Shown: positions 36,801 to 44,801 of the stretch, one piece after another
Position numbering within the stretch: position 1 is the first letter of the stretch
How the letters are laid out: the number at the start of each line of letters is the position of its first letter
DNA from: Paracoccaceae bacterium
GTDB lineage: Bacteria; Pseudomonadota; Alphaproteobacteria; Rhodobacterales; Rhodobacteraceae
Direction: 5' to 3'
Assembly (NCBI GenBank): GCA_020425085.1
Contig: JAGQRW010000018.1
Coordinates: forward strand, 247,797-311,796
Length of the DNA stretch: 64,000 nucleotides
The notes under the pieces: generated by a model
Told to the model about the DNA's origin: nothing
The model's database searches: none
What the model saw: the letters and a program-made list of their open reading frames with translations, nothing else
Program-made: the position numbers and the translations under genes

Positions 36801-37806
36801 CAAGGTTGAACCTATGGTTTACAAGCCGCTTGATCTGGTCGAGGACAACCGCGCACAGGTGCCGTTCGTCGCCCCGGTACCGGTCTTTCCGCTGTTTCTG
36901 GATCTGCCGCTGCTGAAGGGGGATGAGGTGGAACATGCACCTTATCTGGCGGTCACAGCCACCCCCTGGCCGGGCAGCGTTGCAGCTTTTTCGGCACCTT
37001 CAGATGAGGGGTATCAGCTTAACCGTCTGATCGAGCATCGCGCGGTGATCGGGCTGACCGAAACGCCGCTTTTGGCCGCCAGCCCGGCACGCTGGGACAA
37101 CGGACCGGGGGTTCGGGTCAAGGTTTTTGGCGGTGCGCTGAGTTCGGCAAGCCGGGCGGCGGTGCTGAATGGGGTCAATGTGGCGGTGATAGGCGATGGT
37201 GTTGACAACTGGGAGGTGTTGCAATTTGCCGAGGCCAAACTGGTGGCTACCGATACCTATGAACTTAGCGGTCTGCTGCGCGGTCAGGGCGGCACAGAAT
37301 TGTTGGCGTCCAGCGATCAGGTGTCAGGCCGGTATTTCGTGCTGATGGCATCGGTCGCAGGCCAGATTGATCTGCCGGTTTCGGCGCGCAATCTGGCGCG
37401 GCATTACCGCATAGGTCCGGCGTTGAGGGATTATACCGACATGACCTATGTGCATCAGGTTCGCGCCTTTCAGGGGGTCGGGTTGCGCCCATATGCGCCC
37501 TGCCACCTGAGAGAGTTGCGCGCGAACGGCGACAGCCATTTCAGCTGGATTCGGCGCACCCGGATTGACGGGGACAACTGGAGTTCGCCCGACGTGCCGT
37601 TGGGCGAGAGTTTCGAGGCATATCGCCTGGAAGTCAGAAAAGCTGGCGCGGTGATTAGAACCGCTGAGGTCGGCAGCCCCGGCTGGACCTATGCCGCCGC
37701 GATGAAGGCCGAGGATGGGATCAGCGGCCCCTATTCACTGGAAGTGGCCCAGATATCCGAGCGTTTCGGCGCAGGATCAATAGCAAGGATCGACATAAAT
37801 GACTGA
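33895..37806 (+). CDS. g15: GTA baseplate megatron / host-specificity protein
   Basis: 1303 aa. It has an N-terminal Gly-rich TM-like segment, a central glycoside-hydrolase/TIM-like region and C-terminal phage-tail-type domains. Size and position match RcGTA g15. Confidence 0.85.
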   Translation: MATLVLSAVGASLGGAIGGSVIGLSSAVIGRAVGATLGRVIDQRILGSGSDSVPTGRIERFHLMGASEGDPVAKSFGRMRIGGQVIWASRFKEEITTTGGSGKGGGRGAASSSYSYTVSLAIALGEGVITRVGRIWADGVQIASDDLNMRVYVGDEVQLPDAKIEAVEGAGKAPAFRGTAYVVFEDLDLGRFGNRVPQFSFEVYRRAQPKSGSTDPAARIKGVALIPGTGEYALATTPVHFDLGPGINRSANVNSASGKTDFATSLEDLRAELDACKSVSLVVSWFGDNLKCGDCQLTPRVEKVEFDGIGMPWQVSGLTRSSARTVSQSDGRPVFGGTPTDQAVIEAIRAINEGGQEVMFYPFILMDIQADNGLGDPWWGGTDQPVMPWRGRITLSTSPGQAGSPDQTAAAEAEVAAFFGSAQVSDFSVADNTVGYHGPIEWSYRRFVLHNAHVFAAAGGQGAFCIGSEMRALTQIRGAAGSFPAVAALMALAADVRAIVGPDVRIGYAADWSEYFGYQPQDGTNDVLFHLDPLWADANVDFIGIDNYMPLSDWRDEPGHLDEGFGSIYALDYLKSNIAGGEGFDWYYASETARNHQIRSPIQDGAHGEVWIYRYKDLIGWWQSPHHPRINGVRQANATDWVPQSKPIWFTEIGCAAIDKGTNQPNAFLDAKSSESQKPRYSNGLRDDLIQSQYLNAMFSFWDDTANNPLSAEYGAPMVDMARAHVWAWDTRPWPAFPANLELWSDGGNYARGHWLNGRLGAQALGDVIRETCEAAGITAVDVDELYGSVKGYHVGDTQSARSALQPLMMAFAIDAVEQGGVLRFQNRNGRSVAALTADRLAWSADHEGAIQSLRAPEAETAGQVRVGYVRADGSYEAGAAEAVFPDERALGVSKTELPIVLSSGEARAIADRWLAESRVARETVSLQLPPSQMGLRAGDVFTLPGEAGGGLARIDRIEDAGARRIEAVKVEPMVYKPLDLVEDNRAQVPFVAPVPVFPLFLDLPLLKGDEVEHAPYLAVTATPWPGSVAAFSAPSDEGYQLNRLIEHRAVIGLTETPLLAASPARWDNGPGVRVKVFGGALSSASRAAVLNGVNVAVIGDGVDNWEVLQFAEAKLVATDTYELSGLLRGQGGTELLASSDQVSGRYFVLMASVAGQIDLPVSARNLARHYRIGPALRDYTDMTYVHQVRAFQGVGLRPYAPCHLRELRANGDSHFSWIRRTRIDGDNWSSPDVPLGESFEAYRLEVRKAGAVIRTAEVGSPGWTYAAAMKAEDGISGPYSLEVAQISERFGAGSIARIDIND

Positions 37807-38515
37807 GACATTTCAATTCAGGCTGCCTCTGGTCGAGGCGGCGCAGGCGCAAAAACACGTCACCGTCAATGAGGCGCTGGCGCGGCTGGATGCGGCGGCA
37901 CAGCTCAGGCTGGTTTCGATCAGTATCACGCTGCCGCCTGCAAGTGCGGTAGATGGCGAGGCCTATTTTGTACCCGTAGGTGCGGTCAATGCCTGGGATG
38001 GCCATGTCGGCGAGGTTGCCGTTTTCGCCAATGGCGGCTGGGTATTTCTGACCCCGGCAAGGGGTTGGTCGGCCTGGGTCGAGGAACTGGAGATGGCGGC
38101 GGTCTATGACGGGGTTGACTGGCGGCCCGGTGGAACGGTCTTTTCCGCGGCGGGTGCTGCGTCATTTCACCGGATCATCGAGTTTGACCACGTGATCACC
38201 GCCGGTGCGACCAATGATACGCTGGTCAAGGTGAATGACAAGATGCTGCTGATTGGTGTGACCGGACGGGTTCTGAGCCAGATCAGCGGTGCCGGGGTGA
38301 CTGGCTGGAAACTTGGCATCGACACGTCACCGGCGCGATTTGGCACCAATCACGGTCTGGCAAAGAACACCTGGATCAACGCCATGAGCTTTTATGCGCA
38401 GACCTATCCGAACAACACGCCTTTGACACTGGAGGCGATAGGTGGCGAATTTGCCGCCGGCAGCGTGCGATTGGCAATGCATGTGTTCAGTATGGAGCCG
38501 CCGAGGCCGGTCTGA
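37799..38515 (+). CDS. DUF2793-like protein, translationally coupled to g15 (putative GTA tail accessory/fibre-associated protein)
   Basis: The N-terminus FRLPLVEAAQAQKHVTVNEALARLDAAAQL...DGEAYFVP...W.GH....A....GW.F..P..GW is the DUF2793 pattern. The start overlaps the g15 end by 8 nt. Confidence 0.7.
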   Translation: MTETFQFRLPLVEAAQAQKHVTVNEALARLDAAAQLRLVSISITLPPASAVDGEAYFVPVGAVNAWDGHVGEVAVFANGGWVFLTPARGWSAWVEELEMAAVYDGVDWRPGGTVFSAAGAASFHRIIEFDHVITAGATNDTLVKVNDKMLLIGVTGRVLSQISGAGVTGWKLGIDTSPARFGTNHGLAKNTWINAMSFYAQTYPNNTPLTLEAIGGEFAAGSVRLAMHVFSMEPPRPV

Positions 38516-38814
38516 TGCGGCCGGTACGGAGCCTTGATGTCAATCACGCCGCCGAGGTGCTGCTGGCGGTACCGGCTGAACAGCGGGCCGGTCTGGCCGA
38601 ACTGTTGCTGATTGCCGCCGAAAAGGCAGATCTGGCCCGGTGCGGTCATTTGACGCCTTCGGTCTGTTTTGGTGATGGCAGCCTTGGTGCGGCGGCGGCG
38701 CTGTACCGCCGTGCGGCCAGACGGCAGGTCGATGATGGTGAATACAGCGACTGCCAACTGCTGGTTTTCGAAGCGTTGCTGCGCTGGCGCAGCGTCAGGA
38801 TCGCATGCAACTGA
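38515..38814 (+). CDS. Hypothetical 99-aa protein, translationally coupled (TGATG) to the DUF2793 gene
   Basis: The ORF has balanced composition and GC-rich third positions. I recognised no motif. Its 3' end overlaps the convergent TraR/DksA gene by 20 nt. Confidence 0.45.
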   Translation: MRPVRSLDVNHAAEVLLAVPAEQRAGLAELLLIAAEKADLARCGHLTPSVCFGDGSLGAAAALYRRAARRQVDDGEYSDCQLLVFEALLRWRSVRIACN

Positions 38815-39133
38815 TGCACCAGAAAATGCTGGGATCGGCATCCAGGCGCGGTTTCTCGATCTCGTCACCACACTGGGTGCAGTAACCGAATTCGCCATCC
38901 TCGATGCGTTTCAGCGCCGCCTGAATGCGTCGCATGTCTGATTGACGGCGTGTTTTGGCCGCCTTGGCCATGCTTTGATGCTGTATCGCATCCATGCGAC
39001 TAAGGCGCCCGACGCTTTGCTGGTCCAACTCCACCGGGGCGCGGGCGGCGGCGGTAGATCTGTCCGCAGCGGCGATTTCCACCAGCCGGTTGTTGAGCAG
39101 GATGCGATAGGCATCAAGGTGTTGACGGTCCAT
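38795..39133 (-). CDS. TraR/DksA-family C4 zinc-finger protein
   Basis: The coiled N-terminal part is followed by a C-terminal CTQCGDEIEKPRLDADPSIFWCISC motif (CxxC-N17-CxxC). Confidence 0.8.
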   Translation of the reverse strand: MDRQHLDAYRILLNNRLVEIAAADRSTAAARAPVELDQQSVGRLSRMDAIQHQSMAKAAKTRRQSDMRRIQAALKRIEDGEFGYCTQCGDEIEKPRLDADPSIFWCISCMRS

Positions 39134-39215
39134 TTGTCACAAAGTCCAGGGCAGTTTTTCGGGTGGCACGTTTTGCTTCATGGGTATAACCTGCACCAAA
39201 CAGCAGGAAAATGAC

Positions 39216-40025
39216 ATGGCCGAAAAGAAACCGAATGTCGCTGGATTCGATCCGGTCTGGGACCGCATCCGTGATGAGGCGCAAGCGATTGTCGAACGCG
39301 AACCGGTTCTGGGCGGACTGGTGCATTCCGGCATCGTACACCATCATTCGCTGGAGCGTTCATTGGCGTATCGGATGTCGCAAAAGCTGGCCTCGGGAGA
39401 GATGACCGACCAGATTTTGCGCGAATTCGTCGATGAAGCCTATGAAAGCGACCCCAGCCTCGGGCAGGCGGCACGGGCCGATATCGTGGCGGTTTACGAG
39501 CGTGACCCGGCTTGCCACAGGTTCATCCAGCCTTTGTTGTTCTTCAAGGGATTTCAGGGGATTCAGGCATACCGCGTGGCGCATTGGCTATGGCAGAACG
39601 GGCGGGTGGAACTGGCCTATTTCATCCAGATGCGGGTTTCCGAAGTGTTCGGCATCGACATTCATCCAAATGCCCGCATCGGGCAAGGGGTGATGATCGA
39701 TCACGCGCATTCCATCGTGATCGGTGAAACGGCGGTGGTCGGCGACAACGTTTCCATGCTGCATTCGGTGACATTGGGCGGCACCGGAAAATCCGACGGC
39801 GACCGCCACCCGAAAATCGAGGATGGGGTTTTGATCGGAGCCGGGGCCAAGGTTCTGGGCAATATCAGGATCGGTTACTGCACCCGGATTGCCGCCGGTT
39901 CGGTGGTGCTGGTGGATGTGCCGCCCTGCAAGACGGTGGCCGGGGTGCCGGCAAGGATTGTTGGTGAGGCGGGTTGTGCGCAACCATCCGTCACCATGGA
40001 TCAACTGCTTGAAGGCAAGGTCTGA
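39216..40025 (+). CDS. cysE: Serine O-acetyltransferase
   Basis: Has a SATase N-terminal domain (DPVWDRIRDEA...YERDPA) and hexapeptide repeats (GIDIHPNARIGQGVMIDHAHSIVIGETAVVGDNVSMLHSVTLGG). The ORF is trimmed to ATG 39216. Confidence 0.9.
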   Translation: MAEKKPNVAGFDPVWDRIRDEAQAIVEREPVLGGLVHSGIVHHHSLERSLAYRMSQKLASGEMTDQILREFVDEAYESDPSLGQAARADIVAVYERDPACHRFIQPLLFFKGFQGIQAYRVAHWLWQNGRVELAYFIQMRVSEVFGIDIHPNARIGQGVMIDHAHSIVIGETAVVGDNVSMLHSVTLGGTGKSDGDRHPKIEDGVLIGAGAKVLGNIRIGYCTRIAAGSVVLVDVPPCKTVAGVPARIVGEAGCAQPSVTMDQLLEGKV

Positions 40026-40090
40026 ACCATCAGAAAACGTTGGATTTTATTTGATCGGACGACTTGCCCGGCCGCATGTTCATGGCCGCC

Positions 40091-41368
40091 TTAAGCAAGC
40101 AGTGAAATCGGGTCTTCCAGATAACCCTTGATCGCCTGAAGAAATTCAGCCCCAAGCGCGCCGTCAATCACCCGGTGATCGACCGACAGGGTAACCGACA
40201 TCACCGTTGCCACGCCGATGTCGCCATCGGCATCGACCACAGGTTTCTTTTCACCCGCACCAACGGCCAGAATCGAGCCATGCGGCGGGTTGATCACCGC
40301 ATCGAAATTGCTGATGCCGAACATGCCGAGGTTGGATATGGCGAAACTGCCGCCTTGGTATTCCTGCGGGCTGAGCTTGCGATCACGGGCGCGGGCGGCG
40401 AGGTCTTTCATTTCCGCGGACAGCGTGGACAGGGATTTCTGATCGGCATCGCGCAGAACCGGTGTGAACAGCCCACCTTCGATGGCGACGGCGACGGCGA
40501 CATCCGAGGGTTTCAGTTTCAGGATGCGATCCCCGGCCCAGACGGCGTTGCAGTCGGGAACATCCTGTAGCGCCCTGGCGCTGGCCTTGATGATGAAATC
40601 ATTGACGCTGAGCTTGGTGCCTTTGGCGGCAAGGCTCTGGTTGAGCTGGCTGCGGAATTTCATCAGGGCATCAAGCCGGATTTCCCGGCGCAGATAGAAA
40701 TGCGGGATGGTGGATTTTGCCTCGCTCAGACGGGCGGCGATGGTTTTGCGCATACCGTCAAGCGTTACCTCGGCAAATTCGCGATCGGCATAGAGTTTTT
40801 TGACCTGTTCGGCCCCCGGTGAGGCGGGTGCAGCAGGTGCAGGCTGGGTCTTACCGGGAGTTGTGGCCGGTTTGTCGCTGGCCTGGGCGTTTTCCACATC
40901 TGCCTTGACGATGCGCCCTTTTGGGCCGGAGCCGCTGATCGAAGCCAGATCAAGCCCCTTATCGGCGGCGATGCGCCGCGCCAGGGGCGATGCGAACAGG
41001 CGCGGGCCGCCATTGGCGACGTTTTCAGGTGCGGTTCGCTCCTCCGCCTTGGCGGGCGAAGTCGCTTTGGGGGCGGGGGCCTGCGCCTTGGCGGCAGGGG
41101 GTGTTGGGGAGGCGTTGGCGTCTTCGCCTTCATCCAGCAGGACGGCAATGGCGGTGTTGACCTTGACGCCTTCGGTGCCTTCGGCGACCAGCAGTTTGCC
41201 GATCACGCCCTCGTCCACCGCTTCGAATTCCATGGTTGCCTTGTCGGTTTCGATCTCTGCCAGCAGATCGCCGCTTTCAACGCTGTCGCCTTCTTTTACC
41301 AACCATTTTGCCAGCGTGCCTTCCTCCATGGTCGGCGACAGGGCGGGCATGAGGATTTCGATTGCCAT
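40091..41368 (-). CDS. pdhC: Pyruvate dehydrogenase E2 (dihydrolipoamide acetyltransferase)
   Basis: Has a lipoyl domain ([13 protein letters not shown]), a Pro/Ala linker, an E3-binding domain (ASPLARRIA) and a catalytic DHRVIDGA motif. Confidence 0.95.
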   Translation of the reverse strand: MAIEILMPALSPTMEEGTLAKWLVKEGDSVESGDLLAEIETDKATMEFEAVDEGVIGKLLVAEGTEGVKVNTAIAVLLDEGEDANASPTPPAAKAQAPAPKATSPAKAEERTAPENVANGGPRLFASPLARRIAADKGLDLASISGSGPKGRIVKADVENAQASDKPATTPGKTQPAPAAPASPGAEQVKKLYADREFAEVTLDGMRKTIAARLSEAKSTIPHFYLRREIRLDALMKFRSQLNQSLAAKGTKLSVNDFIIKASARALQDVPDCNAVWAGDRILKLKPSDVAVAVAIEGGLFTPVLRDADQKSLSTLSAEMKDLAARARDRKLSPQEYQGGSFAISNLGMFGISNFDAVINPPHGSILAVGAGEKKPVVDADGDIGVATVMSVTLSVDHRVIDGALGAEFLQAIKGYLEDPISLLA

Positions 41369-41379
41369 CGCGGTTCTCC

Positions 41380-42741
41380 TTAGCGGTAGGTTACTGATTT
41401 TACGGCGTCCACCACTTCCTGAGTGGTCACCAGTGCCAGTTTTTCCAGATTGGCGGCATAGGGCATCGGCACGTCCTTGCCGGTGCAGTTGATCACCGGC
41501 GCATCGAGATAGTCGAACGCCTGCATCATGATCGTGGCACTGAGATGGTTGCCGATGGAGCAGACCGGAAACCCCTCTTCCACGGTGACGCAGCGGTTGG
41601 TCTTGCGCACGGATTCCAGCACGGTTTCATAGTCGATTGGGCGGATCGACCGCAGGTCGATCACTTCGGCCTCGATCCCGTCTTTGGCAAGAATTTCAGC
41701 GGCTTCCAGCGCATATTGCATGCCGATTCCGAAACTGACGATGCTGACATCGCTGCCTTGGCGCCAGATACGGGCACGGCCAAGCGGGACGGTGAAGTCG
41801 TCAAGATCAGGCACCTCGAATGAGCGGCCATATAGGATTTCGTTTTCCAGAAACACCACCGGGTTCGGGTCGCGTATGGCGGATTTCAGCAATCCCTTGG
41901 CGTCGGCGGCGGAATAGGGCATGACCACCTTCAGCCCCGGCACCTGGGCATACCATGTGGCATAGTCATGGCTGTGTTGCGCGCCGACCCGGGCGGCGGC
42001 ACCGTTGGCACCCCGAAATACGATCGGACAGCCCATCTGGCCGCCAGACATATAAAGCGTCTTGGCGGCCGAGTTGACGATGTGATCAATCGCCTGCATG
42101 GCGAAGTTGAAGGTCATGAATTCGACGATCGGGCGCAATCCGGCAAAGGCCGAACCTACCGCGATGCCGGTAAAGCCGTTTTCGGTGATTGGCGTGTCGA
42201 TGACGCGCTTGGGGCCGAATTCATCCAGCATGCCTTGTGAGATCTTGTAGGCACCCTGATATTCGGCCACCTCTTCGCCCATCAGATAGACATCTTCGTT
42301 GGCGCGCATTTCTTCGGACATGGCTTCGCGCAACGCCTCGCGTACCGTCATGGTTTTCATTTTGGTTCCGGCGGGAACCTCTTCCATGGCCGGGCGCGGG
42401 GTGGCGGTTGCGGGCGCGGTTTCCTGCACCGGTGTTGCCGCCGGTTCTGCTGCCTTGGCCTGAGGTTCGGGCGCGGCCTTGGTGTCGGACGCGTCTTCGC
42501 CGTCTTCCAGCAGTACGGCAATGGCGGTGTTGACCTTGACGCCTTCGGTGCCTTCGGCGACCAGCAATTTGCCGATCACGCCATCATCCACCGCTTCGAA
42601 TTCCATCGTTGCCTTGTCGGTTTCGATCTCGGCCAGGATATCGCCGGATGCGACGGTATCGCCTTCTTTCACCAGCCATTTCGCCAGTGTGCCTTCCTCC
42701 ATCGTCGGAGACAATGCGGGCATCAGGATATTGGTTGCCAT
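41380..42741 (-). CDS. pdhB: Pyruvate dehydrogenase E1 beta subunit with N-terminal lipoyl domain
   Basis: The ORF is trimmed to ATG 42741, which has a [33 protein letters not shown]...[13 protein letters not shown] is followed by a transketolase-like E1-beta core. Confidence 0.95.
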   Translation of the reverse strand: MATNILMPALSPTMEEGTLAKWLVKEGDTVASGDILAEIETDKATMEFEAVDDGVIGKLLVAEGTEGVKVNTAIAVLLEDGEDASDTKAAPEPQAKAAEPAATPVQETAPATATPRPAMEEVPAGTKMKTMTVREALREAMSEEMRANEDVYLMGEEVAEYQGAYKISQGMLDEFGPKRVIDTPITENGFTGIAVGSAFAGLRPIVEFMTFNFAMQAIDHIVNSAAKTLYMSGGQMGCPIVFRGANGAAARVGAQHSHDYATWYAQVPGLKVVMPYSAADAKGLLKSAIRDPNPVVFLENEILYGRSFEVPDLDDFTVPLGRARIWRQGSDVSIVSFGIGMQYALEAAEILAKDGIEAEVIDLRSIRPIDYETVLESVRKTNRCVTVEEGFPVCSIGNHLSATIMMQAFDYLDAPVINCTGKDVPMPYAANLEKLALVTTQEVVDAVKSVTYR

Positions 42742-42742
42742 A

Positions 42743-43132
42743 TCAGTTTCCTCCCTCGGCAGGGGTGACCATTCCGACGATATTGCCTTGACCGTCTTCG
42801 ACATAGGCGCAGCGCCCGATGCCGGGAAAGTCTGTTGGCGGCAGGGCTTCGGCACCGCCATTGGCCAGCGCCCAGGCGTAGCGTTCGTCGCAATCTGCGA
42901 CTTCGAATGTCTTTGTGCCGCCGCGAACCGGGCTGCCTGGTTCGGGGGCGTCACCCATGCGGCGCATCAGGCCTGCGGTGACGGAATTGTCGCCACCGAT
43001 ACCGACCCCTTTGATCAGGTGATAGTCGATGTCTTCGCCGCCGGACATAGGTGCGAAGGACCAGTCGAAAAGCCCGCTATAGAAGGCTTTGGCGGCTTTC
43101 ACATCGCCCGCGTGGATTTCAAAATGCGGCAT
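42743..43132 (-). CDS. VOC/glyoxalase-family protein embedded between pdhA and pdhB
   Basis: 129 aa with [26 protein letters not shown]...[12 protein letters not shown]. Its start overlaps the pdhA stop (TGATG). Its stop lies 1 nt before the pdhB ATG, and the pdhB SD lies inside its last codons. Confidence 0.75.
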   Translation of the reverse strand: MPHFEIHAGDVKAAKAFYSGLFDWSFAPMSGGEDIDYHLIKGVGIGGDNSVTAGLMRRMGDAPEPGSPVRGGTKTFEVADCDERYAWALANGGAEALPPTDFPGIGRCAYVEDGQGNIVGMVTPAEGGN

Positions 43133-44130
43133 CAGGACACCTCCGCATAGATATCGGTCCAGAGTTCGGAAATGTCCGGTTCGGGGCTGTCTTGGGCGAA
43201 TTTCGCGCTTTCGTTCACCACTGCCTTGATTTCCTTGTCGATGGTTTTCAACTCGTCCTCGGTCGCGTGTTTGCCGCCGACCAGCAGGTCGCGCACATGG
43301 TCGATCGGGTCTTTTTCCTGGCGCACTTTCTGCACCTCTTCACGACTGCGGTATTTGGCCGGGTCAGACATGGAATGGCCGCGATAGCGATAGGTTTTCA
43401 TTTCCAGAATATACGGCCCGTTGCCGGCACGGGCATGGGCGACCGCCTTTTCACCGGCTGCCTTGACGGCCAGAACGTCCATCCCGTCCACTGCCTCGCC
43501 GGGGATGCCGAAGGCCTGACCGCGGGTATAGATGTCGGGGGTCGAGGTGGAGCGTTTCATCGCCGTACCCATGGCGTATTGGTTGTTTTCAATCACGAAA
43601 ACCACCGGCAGTTTCCACAACGATGCCATGTTGAAAGTCTCGTAAACCTGGCCCTGATTGGCCGCGCCGTCGCCGAAATAGGCAAACGACACATTGTCGT
43701 TGCCGCGATACCGGTTGGCAAAACCCAGACCGGCACCCAGCGGCACCTGTGCGCCGACGATGCCGTGGCCGCCATAGAAATTCTTTTCGGCGGAGAACAT
43801 GTGCATGCTGCCACCCTTGCCTTTGGAATAGCCATCCTTACGCCCGGCCAGTTCCGCCATCACCCCCTTGGGATCCATGCCCGAGGCCAGCATATGCCCG
43901 TGATCGCGATAAGAGGTGATGCGCTGATCGCCGTCTTTTGCGGTGGCTTCCAGGCCGACGACCACCGCCTCCTGACCGATGTAAAGGTGGCAGAAACCGC
44001 CGATAACCCCCATGCCGTATAGCTGCCCTGCCTTTTCCTCGAATCGTCGGATCAACAGCATTTCGCGGTAATGGTCCAGCAATTCTTCTTTGGATATGTT
44101 CGGCTTAGCGGCGGGTTTTTTGGCGGCCAT
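43132..44130 (-). CDS. pdhA: Pyruvate dehydrogenase E1 alpha subunit
   Basis: LLIRRFEEKAGQLYGMG.IGGFCHLYIGQEA...GDGAANQGQVYE...YRYRGHSMSDP contains the TPP-binding motifs. Confidence 0.95.
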   Translation of the reverse strand: MAAKKPAAKPNISKEELLDHYREMLLIRRFEEKAGQLYGMGVIGGFCHLYIGQEAVVVGLEATAKDGDQRITSYRDHGHMLASGMDPKGVMAELAGRKDGYSKGKGGSMHMFSAEKNFYGGHGIVGAQVPLGAGLGFANRYRGNDNVSFAYFGDGAANQGQVYETFNMASLWKLPVVFVIENNQYAMGTAMKRSTSTPDIYTRGQAFGIPGEAVDGMDVLAVKAAGEKAVAHARAGNGPYILEMKTYRYRGHSMSDPAKYRSREEVQKVRQEKDPIDHVRDLLVGGKHATEDELKTIDKEIKAVVNESAKFAQDSPEPDISELWTDIYAEVS

Positions 44131-44159
44131 GGCGGCAATCTCCTGCGGATGGCGTTAAT

Positions 44160-44175
44160 AGTTTAACGTTAAACT
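44160..44175. promoter_or_regulatory. Perfect 16-bp palindrome AGTTTAACGTTAAACT upstream of pdhA; candidate operator
   Basis: The sequence is self-complementary and lies 30 nt upstream of the pdhA ATG, between the ftsB terminator and pdhA. Confidence 0.3.
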
Positions 44176-44204
44176 ACCTAATACACCAACTCTGCCGGAA
44201 ATGC

Positions 44205-44234
44205 AAAAAAAATCCCGCCGATGGTTGGGCCGGG
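44205..44234 (-). terminator. Rho-independent terminator after ftsB
   Basis: On the minus strand, CCCGGCCCAACCATCGGCGGG forms an imperfect GC stem that is followed by T8. It lies immediately after the ftsB stop. Confidence 0.5.
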
Positions 44235-44235
44235 T

Positions 44236-44538
44236 TCAGCGGATGATGATCTCGTCGCCGCGGGCCAGTCCAAGTACTTTGCGGGCCTGTTCATCCAAAA
44301 GATCCAGATCAAGATAGCCATCGGACATACGCCGGGTCTTGTTGCGGGTAAGTTGAACCTCAAGCTTGAGCCGGTCGAGTTCCCTTTCCAGGGTTTCTTC
44401 CTGGGCCTCGATCTGCATCCGCTTGAATAGCCCGAAATCACCCTGCACGGCGGCAAAGGTGAAATTGGCCGCCAGCAGGAACCCGACAAGGAAAACCCCA
44501 ACCGTGCTGAGCGCGACATTCTTGTTTCTGGTTTCCAT
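44236..44538 (-). CDS. ftsB: Septum formation initiator family protein (FtsB/DivIC-like)
   Basis: METRNKN, then a TM helix, then a coiled coil, ending ...LDLDLLDEQARKVLGLARGDEIII. The ORF is trimmed to ATG 44538. Its position upstream of pdhA is typical of alphaproteobacteria. Confidence 0.8.
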   Translation of the reverse strand: METRNKNVALSTVGVFLVGFLLAANFTFAAVQGDFGLFKRMQIEAQEETLERELDRLKLEVQLTRNKTRRMSDGYLDLDLLDEQARKVLGLARGDEIIIR

Positions 44539-44657
44539 CTTATGCACTGCCCGAACCGCCACTCGAAACGGTGGCTTCTGGCGAATATGGCATATCCGGG
44601 CAAGGATGTGAATCCCCCAAGTCAAAATTCGCAGCACGATCCGCCTGCCGGCGCAAA

Positions 44658-44801
44658 TCAGCGCCAGATCGCCATGGTATCAATCAGTTTCAGGAATTCG
44701 AATGCCAGAAAAGCTGCGGCATTGCCGTCAAAGAATAACTGGTCAACGGCGAGAAAACCGATGATCAGCAGGATCAGGGCGATGGCTGTCTTGTTGTCCA
44801 T
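44658..44801 (-). CDS. Possible 47-aa membrane peptide
   Basis: Own translation gives MDNKTAIALILLIIGFLAVDQLFFDGNAAAFLAFEFLKLIDTMAIWR. It is below the ORF-track length cutoff, and I recognised no motif. Confidence 0.3.
   Translation of the reverse strand: MDNKTAIALILLIIGFLAVDQLFFDGNAAAFLAFEFLKLIDTMAIWR

Larger units (their letters stand above)
23740..38814 (+). mobile_element. RcGTA-type gene transfer agent structural cluster (g1-g15 plus two coupled downstream ORFs)
   Basis: The block is co-directional and tightly packed. It follows the canonical RcGTA order: terminase, portal, protease, capsid, adaptors, tail tube, chaperones, tape measure, DUF2460, DUF2163, peptidase and megatron. No integrase, repressor, replication or lysis genes are present. 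Confidence 0.9.

Noticed and set aside
23740-38814. Intact or defective prophage
   Set aside because: There is no integrase, repressor/antirepressor, replication, lysis or att repeats. The ~15-kb head-tail-only content in canonical RcGTA order, between core genes, fits a GTA.
42479-43150. 223-aa plus-strand ORF spanning the pdhB/VOC/pdhA junction
   Set aside because: It is antisense to three well-supported genes. Its Ser/Ala-rich product mirrors the lipoyl-domain linker read on the opposite strand.
44154-44175. CtrA box (TTAA-N7-TTAAC) in the pdhA upstream palindrome
   Set aside because: TTAA tetramers are present, but their spacing (N4, N2 and N10) does not fit the N7 rule. I therefore report it only as an unassigned palindrome.
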